From a virus (lineage: Duplodnaviria > Heunggongvirae > Uroviricota > Caudoviricetes): 64,000 bases of DNA. Below the pieces are notes generated by a model that had not been told where the DNA came from, made no database searches, and was given only the letters and a program-made list of their open reading frames with translations. The stretch's first letter is position 1, and each line of letters starts with the position of its first letter. The stretch lies in the IMG/VR virus record IMGVR_UViG_3300009154_000029. The stretch is one strand, 5' to 3'. Shown here piece after piece: positions 18,937-28,404 of the stretch. A program made the position numbers and the translations under genes.

Positions 18937-19497
18937 TTATTTCTTTCCAGTAACTCCTGCTGTATGTAAATCCATTAGATTTTTCATTACCTTTTTGAAA
19001 GCTGCTTTATCCATCTTTCCTGGATTTGTTATTGAAACCAATTTTAAAAAATCAATAGCAATACTTGGGATAAAGTCACGATTTCTTAATCCCTTCTTAT
19101 ATCCTATATTACCCGGCATAGGACCAGACAAAACAGAATTCATCTTTGCTGGATTTGCCAGGGTCATAATCAATTTAGGGGCTAAAGTAGCTTTATATTT
19201 AAATTTATCCATTTTATGAGGATCTCCTTTGCGAGATAAGTCTCCTTTAGCTGGTACACCTTTAGTTGTTGGCGTAGCTGCTACTGGTTTAGTAACGTCT
19301 TCATATAGATCATCTGATTCATCTTCGAAATCGAATTCTTCGTCTAATTCGTCTTCTTCTTCGAATTCTTCATCATATCCAAACTCTTCATCCAACTCCA
19401 TATCCAATTCGTCAAGGATATCAAGTTCCTGATCTATTTCGAAATTTTCTTCTTCGTTAAGAAACTCATCAAAGTTTCTGATAATTTGTTTGTTCAT
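18937..19497 (-). CDS. acidic/basic bipartite protein, paralog B (MNKQIIRNFDEFLNEEENFEID)
   Basis: first ~80 nt nearly identical to paralog A; same architecture. Confidence 0.5.
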   Translation of the reverse strand: MNKQIIRNFDEFLNEEENFEIDQELDILDELDMELDEEFGYDEEFEEEDELDEEFDFEDESDDLYEDVTKPVAATPTTKGVPAKGDLSRKGDPHKMDKFKYKATLAPKLIMTLANPAKMNSVLSGPMPGNIGYKKGLRNRDFIPSIAIDFLKLVSITNPGKMDKAAFKKVMKNLMDLHTAGVTGKK

Positions 19498-19549
19498 TTT
19501 TTATAGTTTTTTTATGCTATTGTTTAGGTATTATATATCTTTTCGGTTT

Positions 19550-20179
19550 TTATTTTCTGCGATTTTCATGGTAACTTTCATGAAATGTTACTTTTTTGTG
19601 CATTTCTTGCCATTTCGATCTATCCAAATACGAGATCAACTCTTTAGCTTCCTGATAATCTCCAGAGTCAAGTGCTTGATCGATCATGCTTCTGATCTCC
19701 CTCTTAGAAACGTTAGAATAGTTGATTTCCTCAACGTCTTCAATCTCATCAGAATCTTCATGCTCGTCCTCTATCTGATTAATTATACCCCCAATTCTTC
19801 CTTCCGCAGAGGGACTTTCTCTAAGTACAGCGTACATAAGTTTTAAGAATTCAGAACCTGACATAAGCATCATTTTTTCCAAAACCTTCTTTTTAAGATT
19901 TGGTACTGGGCTGTGACCACCTAGTTTATCAATTAAAGCAGTAAGATCTGATGCTATTTCAGATTTGTACCCTAAATCCTCGATTTCATGGGCTAGTTCG
20001 TCTGTATTTGTGATAAGGGTAACCTCCTCCATGTCATCTTCGTCTTCATAGTCGGTGTCAGAATCTTTCAAAATTCCTTCCAAATCAAGGATTATTTCTA
20101 TGGGGCTATGATTAGATCCCCAGCCACTCATATGAATGACATTTGCTTCATTAAGTGGCTTCCAGAATTTTCTAGTCAT
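19550..20179 (-). CDS. hypothetical acidic protein
   Basis: ORF track; overlaps downstream minus-strand gene by 8 nt. Confidence 0.4.
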   Translation of the reverse strand: MTRKFWKPLNEANVIHMSGWGSNHSPIEIILDLEGILKDSDTDYEDEDDMEEVTLITNTDELAHEIEDLGYKSEIASDLTALIDKLGGHSPVPNLKKKVLEKMMLMSGSEFLKLMYAVLRESPSAEGRIGGIINQIEDEHEDSDEIEDVEEINYSNVSKREIRSMIDQALDSGDYQEAKELISYLDRSKWQEMHKKVTFHESYHENRRK

Positions 20180-20378
20180 TGTATCTTTGTTTTAGTTTTG
20201 AAATGTCAAATTTAATAGGGGCTTTTGCTTTTTTTAATTCATCTATGAATCTGTTTACAATATCGCCCAATGTGTTCGAACTTGAAGAATTGTCGAAAGA
20301 TGTTTCTGTCTCTGGATAACCAAATGCGGAAAATTTCCCAACTTTTGGAGATCCATCCATTCTAGTAAAACTTTTCAT
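20172..20378 (-). CDS. hypothetical protein
   Basis: ORF track. Confidence 0.3.
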   Translation of the reverse strand: MKSFTRMDGSPKVGKFSAFGYPETETSFDNSSSSNTLGDIVNRFIDELKKAKAPIKFDISKLKQRYND

Positions 20379-20395
20379 TAATTACGTTTTTTTGT

Positions 20396-22012
20396 TTGAA
20401 TATATATTCAAACAAAATTACAATTCGTATGTTATACTCCGGGTTTAAAACATTTTCAGAAAAAGCTCTCTTATTGGAGAGTGCTCAAGAAGCTAAGGCA
20501 TATTTAATTAAAAAGTATGCGGAGAGCAAAAATATGAAATCTTCGGAAGTTCCGGAAGAGATTAAGCAAAGAATAGTTAACGATCCTAGATTTATCGAGG
20601 TCAGAGATTTATGTCAGAAATTCCCTAACTATATTGCTCTTTTCACTAAATTTGTATTTGATCAAAAAGCTCCAATTGACAGAATAAAGCATATCATTGA
20701 AATGATGCTTCAGTATAAAAACAATCTGGCAAAGGATCTTGAAATGCAAATTCAGGATTATGGAAAGATTACCGCAACCAAAGAAGACATTAGACCAGGA
20801 TGGGAGGTTTTGGAAGACGATCTTAATAATATTCCTAGAAAGATCAAGCTAAGAAGACTTTACAACGGTCTTACCCCAGAAATGAAACTTCAGTTCAACA
20901 AAGCATCAGAGAAGGAAATAGCTCACTTGGAGGAAATTTCAAACCAGCTAGATAGGCTACCAAACAAAGAGGGTGAAGACGAGAAGGGTAACATGGTCAC
21001 TAAAAACGCATGGGACGAATTTACAGGAAATGTTAAAAAATACACAGACACTAGAACATATCCAGAATATAGAGATCCTAGAGTTGCTTTCTTAGATCTA
21101 ATAAAAGACGCAGATCTTAAGATAGCAAAATGGGACGAGAGCGATGATGAGTTCGTTACAAGTCTTAAAAAATTAGGGGCTCAAGTTGGTATACTTTATT
21201 CTAAAAAAGGCTATACCGTTTTATCTGCAAGAACTCCAGAAGCTCTTAGAGCAGTAGCAGGTGACACTGGATGGTGCATCAGAAATGATAGCACATTCTG
21301 GAGCTATTCTGGAAGTAGTCCAGATATGGCTAGAATGCAATTTGTTGTGGTCAATAAAAATCTTCCAACCACAAATCCCAACAGCCTTTTAGGTATTACA
21401 GTTTACGGAGATGGCAGAATCTACTCAGATGCCGATAGACCAAATCGTAGGATATACGCACCAAATGGTAGCACATTCAAAACATTGAATGAGCTTATGA
21501 AAGGTTTAAATTTTCCTAATGATCTGATCGATGAGGTTAATAAGAAATTTGAGGTGGAAAAAAATATAAAGGTTTCTCTAGAGCAATTCTTTAAGGTTGG
21601 TAAAAAACTTAATGCAGAGGAAATTATCAAATCCCTTATTAATGCTAAAAGAGGAGTTCTGTCAGGTATAGTTGATCCTGAACAATGGGATCAAATCTCA
21701 GGTATAGTTTCAATGATTATAGCAGAGGCTGAAGATTTAAAACCATCACACTTCCTAGAGGAGTTTAGAACTTATGGAATCCTAACCAAATCATCGGTTG
21801 GCGTATTTGATTATGTTGTTGGCGATGATTACACTAAGAAAGATATAGATAAGATCATAGATTCAACAAAACAAAATCAAGAATCTGCAAGAGATTTCTT
21901 AATGACATACAGAGCAGGGTTTGGAAAGGTGAAAGCTGAGCACTTGGCTTTACTGGAGGAAATAGAAAGGGATGAAGCCGAGGTACTAAAAGCTTTAGAA
22001 TCAAAATTATAA
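20396..22012 (+). CDS. large hypothetical protein (538 aa)
   Basis: ORF track; an internal Met gives MLYSGFKTFSEKALLLE-type N-terminus. Confidence 0.45.
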   Translation: MNIYSNKITIRMLYSGFKTFSEKALLLESAQEAKAYLIKKYAESKNMKSSEVPEEIKQRIVNDPRFIEVRDLCQKFPNYIALFTKFVFDQKAPIDRIKHIIEMMLQYKNNLAKDLEMQIQDYGKITATKEDIRPGWEVLEDDLNNIPRKIKLRRLYNGLTPEMKLQFNKASEKEIAHLEEISNQLDRLPNKEGEDEKGNMVTKNAWDEFTGNVKKYTDTRTYPEYRDPRVAFLDLIKDADLKIAKWDESDDEFVTSLKKLGAQVGILYSKKGYTVLSARTPEALRAVAGDTGWCIRNDSTFWSYSGSSPDMARMQFVVVNKNLPTTNPNSLLGITVYGDGRIYSDADRPNRRIYAPNGSTFKTLNELMKGLNFPNDLIDEVNKKFEVEKNIKVSLEQFFKVGKKLNAEEIIKSLINAKRGVLSGIVDPEQWDQISGIVSMIIAEAEDLKPSHFLEEFRTYGILTKSSVGVFDYVVGDDYTKKDIDKIIDSTKQNQESARDFLMTYRAGFGKVKAEHLALLEEIERDEAEVLKALESKL

Positions 22013-22037
22013 TCACAAAAATTAATTAGACTTTTAT

Positions 22038-23267
22038 ATGAATTATATGTCATTAAACGAAGGGGAATACTGGGGACCTGCCGGTGAAAGAACTAAAGAG
22101 CTCGATGATGCTTTCAATCAGACTGATGCTGGGAGAGATTTATATGCTCTAGGGGTTAGAAAAATAAGGGAGAGAGACAGAATCAAGTATGAGAGAAGAG
22201 GCTACAATAAATCCATGCCAAGAACAGCTGCTTACAAAGACGAAGCCACAGGTAAATTCCATATTGAACACTATTCTAGTAAACCTGGATTAGAAATTTA
22301 CGGAGAAAAAGATTTCGATACACCAGAGGAACTATACAGACACCTTTGGATGAGACTAGCTAAAAATTTAATCCCAGCTTCACTTGTTAGTAAAAGAGAT
22401 GCAGAGAAAAGAATAAATCTTGAAGAGTTATTCCCAATTGGACATAGGATTTCTCAGGAAGGATTTTTCGATAGAATAAAGCCATTTATTGGCGGGGAAG
22501 AACTTAATCATCCATCGAACCAGGATCTAGTAGGAACTGAGACAGTTCAAGAGCTACTTAAATTGGGACTTATTGGGAAGGGCACCAGATATAATGCGAG
22601 TGCAACTATTGCTGTGGTTAATGATATTTCTAAAAATGAAATAGTTAAATATAGATTCTACTGTAAGGCCGCACAGGTTGCAAGAAACATATATTCTCCA
22701 CTAATAACCCAAATAATCGGGGCATTTGAATTTAGGGCTTGTTCAGGTACTATGGTTTCAAGGAGTCAAGATTATGAATCATGGACGGTAACAAACACAA
22801 ACAGAATTCCTCTAAATTCTGTTAATTTCAGATCAGGCGAAAACACACTCAGATGTCACGTTCAGGATAATGATATGATGGCTGCTGTTTTTCTTTCGAT
22901 TATCAAAAGAACATTTAAAAGAGCTAAAGGATCTAATTGGGCAGAGAAAATTCTAGCTGGTGGAAACAACACAGCTTTGATAGAGGAAATGAACAGTCTC
23001 TTATCCGACTATTTCTTTCAAGCCGCTTCGAACCTAGATCAAACAGTATTTTTCGAGGAGGAGTATCATCAGAACGAAACCATTATCAATAATGCAAACG
23101 CTCTTTTAATTAAATACCTTATGACTAACGGATCCCAAACAATTAAAGATCTAATCAAAGGTAATACTGAGCTTGAACCATTGGTAAATTTTGCAACTTC
23201 ACGTGAGGATTTAACGGAATTTGCTAAGAAGTTAATCCGTCTAATCAAATCTTTAAAATACTCATAA
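22038..23267 (+). CDS. large hypothetical protein (409 aa)
   Basis: ORF track. Confidence 0.45.
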   Translation: MNYMSLNEGEYWGPAGERTKELDDAFNQTDAGRDLYALGVRKIRERDRIKYERRGYNKSMPRTAAYKDEATGKFHIEHYSSKPGLEIYGEKDFDTPEELYRHLWMRLAKNLIPASLVSKRDAEKRINLEELFPIGHRISQEGFFDRIKPFIGGEELNHPSNQDLVGTETVQELLKLGLIGKGTRYNASATIAVVNDISKNEIVKYRFYCKAAQVARNIYSPLITQIIGAFEFRACSGTMVSRSQDYESWTVTNTNRIPLNSVNFRSGENTLRCHVQDNDMMAAVFLSIIKRTFKRAKGSNWAEKILAGGNNTALIEEMNSLLSDYFFQAASNLDQTVFFEEEYHQNETIINNANALLIKYLMTNGSQTIKDLIKGNTELEPLVNFATSREDLTEFAKKLIRLIKSLKYS

Positions 23268-23270
23268 ACT

Positions 23271-23504
23271 ATGAGAAATCTAAAATCTTACGAGGAACAG
23301 CTAAACGAAAGAAGAAGACAAGATGTTTGTGCTGGATGTGGAAAGTCAATCGAGGATCCAGAGAAAGAGTGTTCTAGATGTGGGACATTTCCACATAAGG
23401 CATATCACGAGAGAGCAGCTTCTAAAACTCTTGGCATAGCTAAATGGATTCAAAATTCCCCAGTTATGCAACCTAATCAGAAATTGAGCGGAGCTGAAAA
23501 TTAA
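23271..23504 (+). CDS. small zinc-ribbon protein (CxxC...CxxC), CTS-like N-terminus MRNLKSYEEQLNE
   Basis: CAGCGKS and CSRCG pairs. Confidence 0.4.
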   Translation: MRNLKSYEEQLNERRRQDVCAGCGKSIEDPEKECSRCGTFPHKAYHERAASKTLGIAKWIQNSPVMQPNQKLSGAEN

Positions 23505-23589
23505 AAAGAAAAACATTCTAATAAAATTCCAGTAAATCTGGAATTTTTTTTGCCCCTATGTAGTATAAATTAATAAACCAACGGGTATT

Positions 23590-24213
23590 ATGGAAAAAAG
23601 ACTAAAAGGTGAATTAAGTAAAAGCGAATCTGGCCGATGGGCAATCTGGTACTGGAAAGAGGATAGAAACTCCTTTGAAGGAGGTAAATATCCGGTTCAC
23701 CCAGAGATCCAAGAAAAAATGGAACAATTCGAATTTATGGATTATCTTAGCGATGGCATTGAGGTTGAATTTGTTATAGTTAAAGATGATAAAGTGTGCG
23801 AGGAGTTTGGAACTAACGAATATGCGAAAATTGTTCAACCGGAGGAAGAGGAGATTTCTGAATTTAAAAAAATAAGGGAATCTATTATCAGACAATTGAA
23901 AAATGTGATCTATGATAATGGAGACGTATCGGATGTTGGGAATGAGATAGGAATTGCAATAGCAAAACACCTTAACGAAAACCAAAACGTTGAAGACTTT
24001 ATGCATGGAGTAAGACATGGGGTTTCGTTAATTGACGGATCGCATTCTTCCGATTTCGAGCCTGTTGTTTCTGATGATTTTACAATAGGCCCAAATGGGG
24101 CATATGAATATCAAGACTGGGATCAAGTTTTCGAAAGCTACTTAGGTGCTCAAGATCTTCATTCTTTCCTAGAGTGGCTGAAACAAAATTACGATTCTCC
24201 GGTTATAAAATAG
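23590..24213 (+). CDS. hypothetical acidic protein
   Basis: ORF track. Confidence 0.4.
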   Translation: MEKRLKGELSKSESGRWAIWYWKEDRNSFEGGKYPVHPEIQEKMEQFEFMDYLSDGIEVEFVIVKDDKVCEEFGTNEYAKIVQPEEEEISEFKKIRESIIRQLKNVIYDNGDVSDVGNEIGIAIAKHLNENQNVEDFMHGVRHGVSLIDGSHSSDFEPVVSDDFTIGPNGAYEYQDWDQVFESYLGAQDLHSFLEWLKQNYDSPVIK

Positions 24214-24371
24214 TCAGGTGGCGGAATGGATAGACGCATACTTGTTGGTTTTAAGGTTAAAACATGATTTGCAAACATGGGGTAGTTCCACGCATAGGGG
24301 ATTAGTGCACATGAGTCCTTCTGTAATAAAGAAAAATACCCACCATACAGGTTCGAATCCTGTCCTGACTA
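24212..24371 (+). tRNA. tRNA-like gene with ~70-nt excess in central region (intron-containing or degenerate type II tRNA, Leu-like 5' half)
   Basis: perfect 7-bp acceptor AGTCAGG/CCTGACT, U8, D-arm GCG-GAATGGATAGA-CGC like tRNA-Leu, T-arm ACAGG-TTCGAAT-CCTGT, discriminator A; 160 nt total. Confidence 0.45.
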
Positions 24372-24446
24372 CAATGAATAGAGCAGTTGAGTTCATTACT
24401 CAAAGGAACGCAGACAGTGGAGATGAGCGACCCACCTATTCAAAAT

Positions 24447-24541
24447 AGTCAGGTGGCGGAATGGTAGACGCTATCGTTACAAAGGTAGAATAGTAAATAG
24501 TTTACGCTCTATTCTTACAGGTTCGAATCCTGTCTTGGCTA
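24447..24541 (+). tRNA. tRNA-like gene, type II (long extra arm), anticodon arm not confidently foldable
   Basis: same 5' 25 nt and T-arm as upstream copy; acceptor AGTCAGG/CTTGGCT with two G-U; 7-bp AGAATAG/CTATTCT hairpin in the variable region; 95 nt. Confidence 0.45.
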
Positions 24542-24554
24542 CAAATTAAAAAAA

Positions 24555-24926
24555 ATGAATATGGAAAAATTAATTTTATCTCTAGTGTTTGTTGTTATCA
24601 ATATAGCTTTAGCCTTTATTGATGCAAGGAGAATTAAACAGAATAAACACATTTATCACGGAGTGAATGGAGCAATTTACGGTGGCTTGATTTTAATCGG
24701 TTACTTATTTACACACAGCATTCTTTCATCCTTTGCAATGCTTTTACTTCGTATTCCTGTCTTTAATTCATCTCTAAATCTTTTTAGAGGGCTTCCAATC
24801 GATTACACTAGCAAATCCACAACATCTATCATAGATAAAACAACACAAAAAATAATAGACTCTATTGGATATTTTAATTACTGTTTTGTTATTCTTTTAA
24901 TAGTGTTCGCTTTATTATGTCTTTAA
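24555..24926 (+). CDS. membrane protein
   Basis: three hydrophobic helices. Confidence 0.4.
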   Translation: MNMEKLILSLVFVVINIALAFIDARRIKQNKHIYHGVNGAIYGGLILIGYLFTHSILSSFAMLLLRIPVFNSSLNLFRGLPIDYTSKSTTSIIDKTTQKIIDSIGYFNYCFVILLIVFALLCL

Positions 24927-25186
24927 ATAAAATTAATCTTATGGCAAAAGGAATGTTAGAATATGATCTGAACGATCCTGATGATATCATGGCTCATGAA
25001 AGAGCGGTTAAATCAACTGATATGGCTTTGGCATTATGGGAAATGGCATATAATGTAAAGAAACAAATACAAAGTCAAGTGGAAACCGAAAAATTAGATT
25101 CGTATGACGCAATCGAAAAAGTATTTGAGAAATTCTGGGAGATCCTTGATGATCGCGGGATTAAACTAGATAACATTATAAATTAA
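24917..25186 (+). CDS. hypothetical protein
   Basis: ORF track. Confidence 0.35.
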   Translation: MSLNKINLMAKGMLEYDLNDPDDIMAHERAVKSTDMALALWEMAYNVKKQIQSQVETEKLDSYDAIEKVFEKFWEILDDRGIKLDNIIN

Positions 25187-25224
25187 TTCACATCGAAACT
25201 TTTAATCGAAAGTCAGATTTAATA

Positions 25225-25425
25225 TTGGAAATTAAAAAAAATAAAATGAGCAACAAATCAACTAAAAAATTCAACGGAACACCTAAAGCCAGAACAAGAA
25301 GAAATTCAGTAATAACACGTCTTGAAGCGCAGTTAAAGAGCGGAAAGAAAAGTCAAGGGGAGTTAGTTGAAGCTGACATTAAAAGAATAAACAAAGAACT
25401 CGAAGTTCTTAAATCAAGAGTATAA
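25225..25425 (+). CDS. small basic protein
   Basis: ORF track; Lys/Arg-rich. Confidence 0.3.
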   Translation: MEIKKNKMSNKSTKKFNGTPKARTRRNSVITRLEAQLKSGKKSQGELVEADIKRINKELEVLKSRV

Positions 25426-25664
25426 TGAAATTAGATCCTATATTATTCTATGTTGGCATAATCCCAGAGGATAGTCCAACTTTCTTCAACTTTATACATT
25501 CTCTAAATGAGGATGATGTTGATCAAAAATTCAATTCACATATCTTAAAAGAATTTGACGATCTTAATGGTTATTATAATTATTTGATTAAAGGAACATG
25601 GGAAGCTTATAAATGTTTTATCGGACAGGCTTTTGTTAAATCCCTCGAACATTTTGAGGAATAA
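25425..25664 (+). CDS. hypothetical protein
   Basis: ORF track. Confidence 0.3.
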   Translation: MKLDPILFYVGIIPEDSPTFFNFIHSLNEDDVDQKFNSHILKEFDDLNGYYNYLIKGTWEAYKCFIGQAFVKSLEHFEE

Positions 25665-26058
25665 AGATAAATACAAAATGACAAATAAAAGATTAACCTT
25701 ATTTCCTGATTATGACGAATGGTCCAAAGAAATCTTCACAAGCACTTTCGTCAACCTTTGTCATAACCATATGGCAAGTTTAGGATACTATTCACACATT
25801 ATCAAAGATCAAATTTGTATAGTTGATTCAACAGGCTCAAGCTCTTGTACTCCTGGAACTTTAGTAGGTTGGCGATTTGTTAGCGAGATAGAAAAGTTTA
25901 TTGCTAATAACGGGTATCCATGGTTCGGAGATGACAGCAGAACACAGGTAGAGAGCTCAAAGGGATTTGCTATAGTTGGACAATTTGCAAACATAGTTTC
26001 TGAGCTGTTACAAAGGGAGCCAGAAATAATCGAAAATGAAAAAAATGAAACCATTTAA
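25633..26058 (+). CDS. hypothetical protein
   Basis: ORF track. Confidence 0.35.
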   Translation: MLNPSNILRNKDKYKMTNKRLTLFPDYDEWSKEIFTSTFVNLCHNHMASLGYYSHIIKDQICIVDSTGSSSCTPGTLVGWRFVSEIEKFIANNGYPWFGDDSRTQVESSKGFAIVGQFANIVSELLQREPEIIENEKNETI

Positions 26059-26338
26059 ATTTATATTCCTCTCTTTTATTTGTTTCATGTCATGTAAAAA
26101 CGTAGACATGAACAAAACAAAGAGTGGGGATTTGGTTATTATAGGAAAAGATAGTTTTACTGTTAATGTTGATACATTCAGGGTTATAGCAACAAATAAA
26201 GCCAATCCAAGAAACGTTCTAGAGGAAGCTGACCCGAGATATGAAAATTTAACAGATAAAGGTAAGGTCTTCTTCTTTTCTAGACCAATGCCTATTGGGG
26301 ATACTATTTTAACTAGAACATTAATTAGGATAAAATAA
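26036..26338 (+). CDS. lipoprotein
   Basis: signal peptide ending in lipobox FMSC. Confidence 0.45.
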   Translation: MKKMKPFKFIFLSFICFMSCKNVDMNKTKSGDLVIIGKDSFTVNVDTFRVIATNKANPRNVLEEADPRYENLTDKGKVFFFSRPMPIGDTILTRTLIRIK

Positions 26339-26340
26339 AA

Positions 26341-26589
26341 ATGGATTTTAGATTTGTAAAAATAAAGGTTGAAACCGTTCTAGGAGAAAACGAAAGCATG
26401 GATAAAATGTTTTTTGAGTATCTAAATGAATATTCAATTACACATAAGATGGATGAGGTCAAAGGAGATAATGGATGCCCAATAGTTGAATACGAGGGCG
26501 GGCCAATTTCGTTATATAATATGTTAAAAGAAAAGTTTGGAATGGAGAGAGAAGATATTGAACAATCATATCCCCAATTAAATGAGTAA
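26341..26589 (+). CDS. hypothetical protein
   Basis: ORF track. Confidence 0.3.
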   Translation: MDFRFVKIKVETVLGENESMDKMFFEYLNEYSITHKMDEVKGDNGCPIVEYEGGPISLYNMLKEKFGMEREDIEQSYPQLNE

Positions 26590-26794
26590 TAATAGAGACA
26601 AAAGAAAAGATTATAAAATTTCATTAGACGTTGGATCTAGATATCTAATAGTCGATAAAGTATATGAGATTATTGAAGTTACTAATCAGCACACTTACGC
26701 AGTAAGGGTTAGTCCTGAAGGTGAGTGTTACGGTAGAGCCATCACTCTTGGATCTTTAAGAAATAAAAAAGTGGAGAAGGTATCTTTATTATGA
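26582..26794 (+). CDS. hypothetical protein
   Basis: ORF track. Confidence 0.3.
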   Translation: MSNNRDKRKDYKISLDVGSRYLIVDKVYEIIEVTNQHTYAVRVSPEGECYGRAITLGSLRNKKVEKVSLL

Positions 26795-27583
26795 ATCTGA
26801 CCCGTGAAGTGTAGCAGTAAGCTTATCTATTAATGTTTCTCCAAATTTACTTAGCATATTTGCTGGTCCGGTTTCCCCAGTAAGTCTGTTCACATAAACC
26901 CCCTGAGATGTTGCATTTAAAAGATTACTTAGCTTTGCTCTCTCATCTTTAGTATTTGCATTAGGAGTAGTATTAACCACTGGTTTTATGTTTGAAGCAT
27001 ATTCTGAGCTGCATGAAGCGTGAATGTGATTATAGTGATTCCCAGCCTCATTCTGTTTGCCCATCTTTGAATCATCATATCTCCAAATAATTGTTCTAGA
27101 AGAACCGCTTTCCCCCTTTATAATATTATTCGGGTATTTTTTAATAAGATCAGGATCTTCGGTCATAAGGGAATATCCCATAGAAACTAAAGCATCAACT
27201 AATCTATTTCCAGCTTCTACAAATTTAGGATTGGGATTTTTATTATTTCTATCGGCACCATTTGATCCTTCTAGTGAAGCAAAAGGAACGCTTTCGTCTC
27301 CTATCCTAGCCAGATCAACAGCTAATCCCTGATTATGACGGCTGTAATCACTATGAGATGGATGATCAGTGTCTGCAGCAGTAACCATAACATGAACTTT
27401 AGCTTCCCTTGCTGCAGTTTCAATATCGTCTAATAAAGCCTTATTAACCTTATCTGTGCCAGGGACACTACCCATTTTTAGGTTAGTGTACGATGTTCCT
27501 TTTAGATAATCGAGAGGAACTTTATTTATTTCGTTCAGCTCGTTTTCTGCTATAAAATCGTTGAATAACTTGATTCTTTTCAT
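26789..27583 (-). CDS. M15-family zinc peptidase (VanY/L-Ala-D-Glu peptidase type) with CTS-like N-terminus MKRIKLFNDFIAE
   Basis: SRHNQGLAVD = SxHxxGxAxD zinc-binding block, downstream HYNHIH; N-terminus nearly identical in pattern to T4 CTS (..EFIAE). Confidence 0.6.
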   Translation of the reverse strand: MKRIKLFNDFIAENELNEINKVPLDYLKGTSYTNLKMGSVPGTDKVNKALLDDIETAAREAKVHVMVTAADTDHPSHSDYSRHNQGLAVDLARIGDESVPFASLEGSNGADRNNKNPNPKFVEAGNRLVDALVSMGYSLMTEDPDLIKKYPNNIIKGESGSSRTIIWRYDDSKMGKQNEAGNHYNHIHASCSSEYASNIKPVVNTTPNANTKDERAKLSNLLNATSQGVYVNRLTGETGPANMLSKFGETLIDKLTATLHGSDS

Positions 27584-27771
27584 AATTAATTGGGTTTATC
27601 CTAGTTCTATATATTCTGCTTTTTGAGACTTATTACTCTATATATCCACTTATTTAGGAGATACCCGAAATATTTTCCTGGTTTGTTGTTATGATAGTAG
27701 TAAAACTAGTGTTTAATTTTTTATTTCCGAGGGTATCCCATATCTTTGTGAAGTACTTAAAAAAATAGGTT

Positions 27772-27960
27772 ATGACTGAGAAAATAATTATGGCAGCTCT
27801 ATTTATTGTAGCTGGTTTTTCTGCAATGTACTTTTATGGTGAGGGCCTTAGAATGTGGATTTGGCAAGTTACCACAATCGTTTGGATCATAAACTCCTAC
27901 AGAAAAACAAAACAAATCGAAAGACTTACTAGAGTAATAAAAAATCAATCATGGAAATAA
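27772..27960 (+). CDS. small membrane protein
   Basis: two hydrophobic helices. Confidence 0.3.
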   Translation: MTEKIIMAALFIVAGFSAMYFYGEGLRMWIWQVTTIVWIINSYRKTKQIERLTRVIKNQSWK

Positions 27961-28367
27961 AAGAATCACCAAAAATCGAATTCAGAGAGACTAAACATCA
28001 GGTATCAAGAACTTTCTGCCCAATTAACGGAGAGCCTATTGCAATTAAAGCAATCAGATCGGGGTGGAATTACGGGCACCCAACATATCACGTGATAACA
28101 GAATGGGGAGATATGGAAAATTCTGACTATCAATTTTTAAGCCACAAAGAATTGGAGGAAAAACTTGGGATGAACATAGACACTGAAGAGAGGTCTTCCC
28201 CTGGGACGGAAGCCCAAATGAGCTTAATCTCTGACCTTTTAAAAGAATCAGATTCACACAATTTAAGTCCAGAGGTTATTACCTGGGCACTTCAGTTTAT
28301 GCAAGAAAATCCAGGGCTTGAGCCATATGAGGCTTTTGCACTAGGGTATCATGAATGGGTAAAATAG
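27951..28367 (+). CDS. hypothetical protein
   Basis: ORF track. Confidence 0.35.
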   Translation: MEIKESPKIEFRETKHQVSRTFCPINGEPIAIKAIRSGWNYGHPTYHVITEWGDMENSDYQFLSHKELEEKLGMNIDTEERSSPGTEAQMSLISDLLKESDSHNLSPEVITWALQFMQENPGLEPYEAFALGYHEWVK

Positions 28368-28404
28368 TAACCAATAATTAATAATAATTTAAAATTAAAA
28401 TCAA

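Noticed and set aside
24214-24448. Track ORFs 24218..24448(+) and 24214..24396(-)
   Set aside because: They lie entirely within and between the tRNA-like genes. Reading through structured RNA sequence, they are almost certainly spurious.
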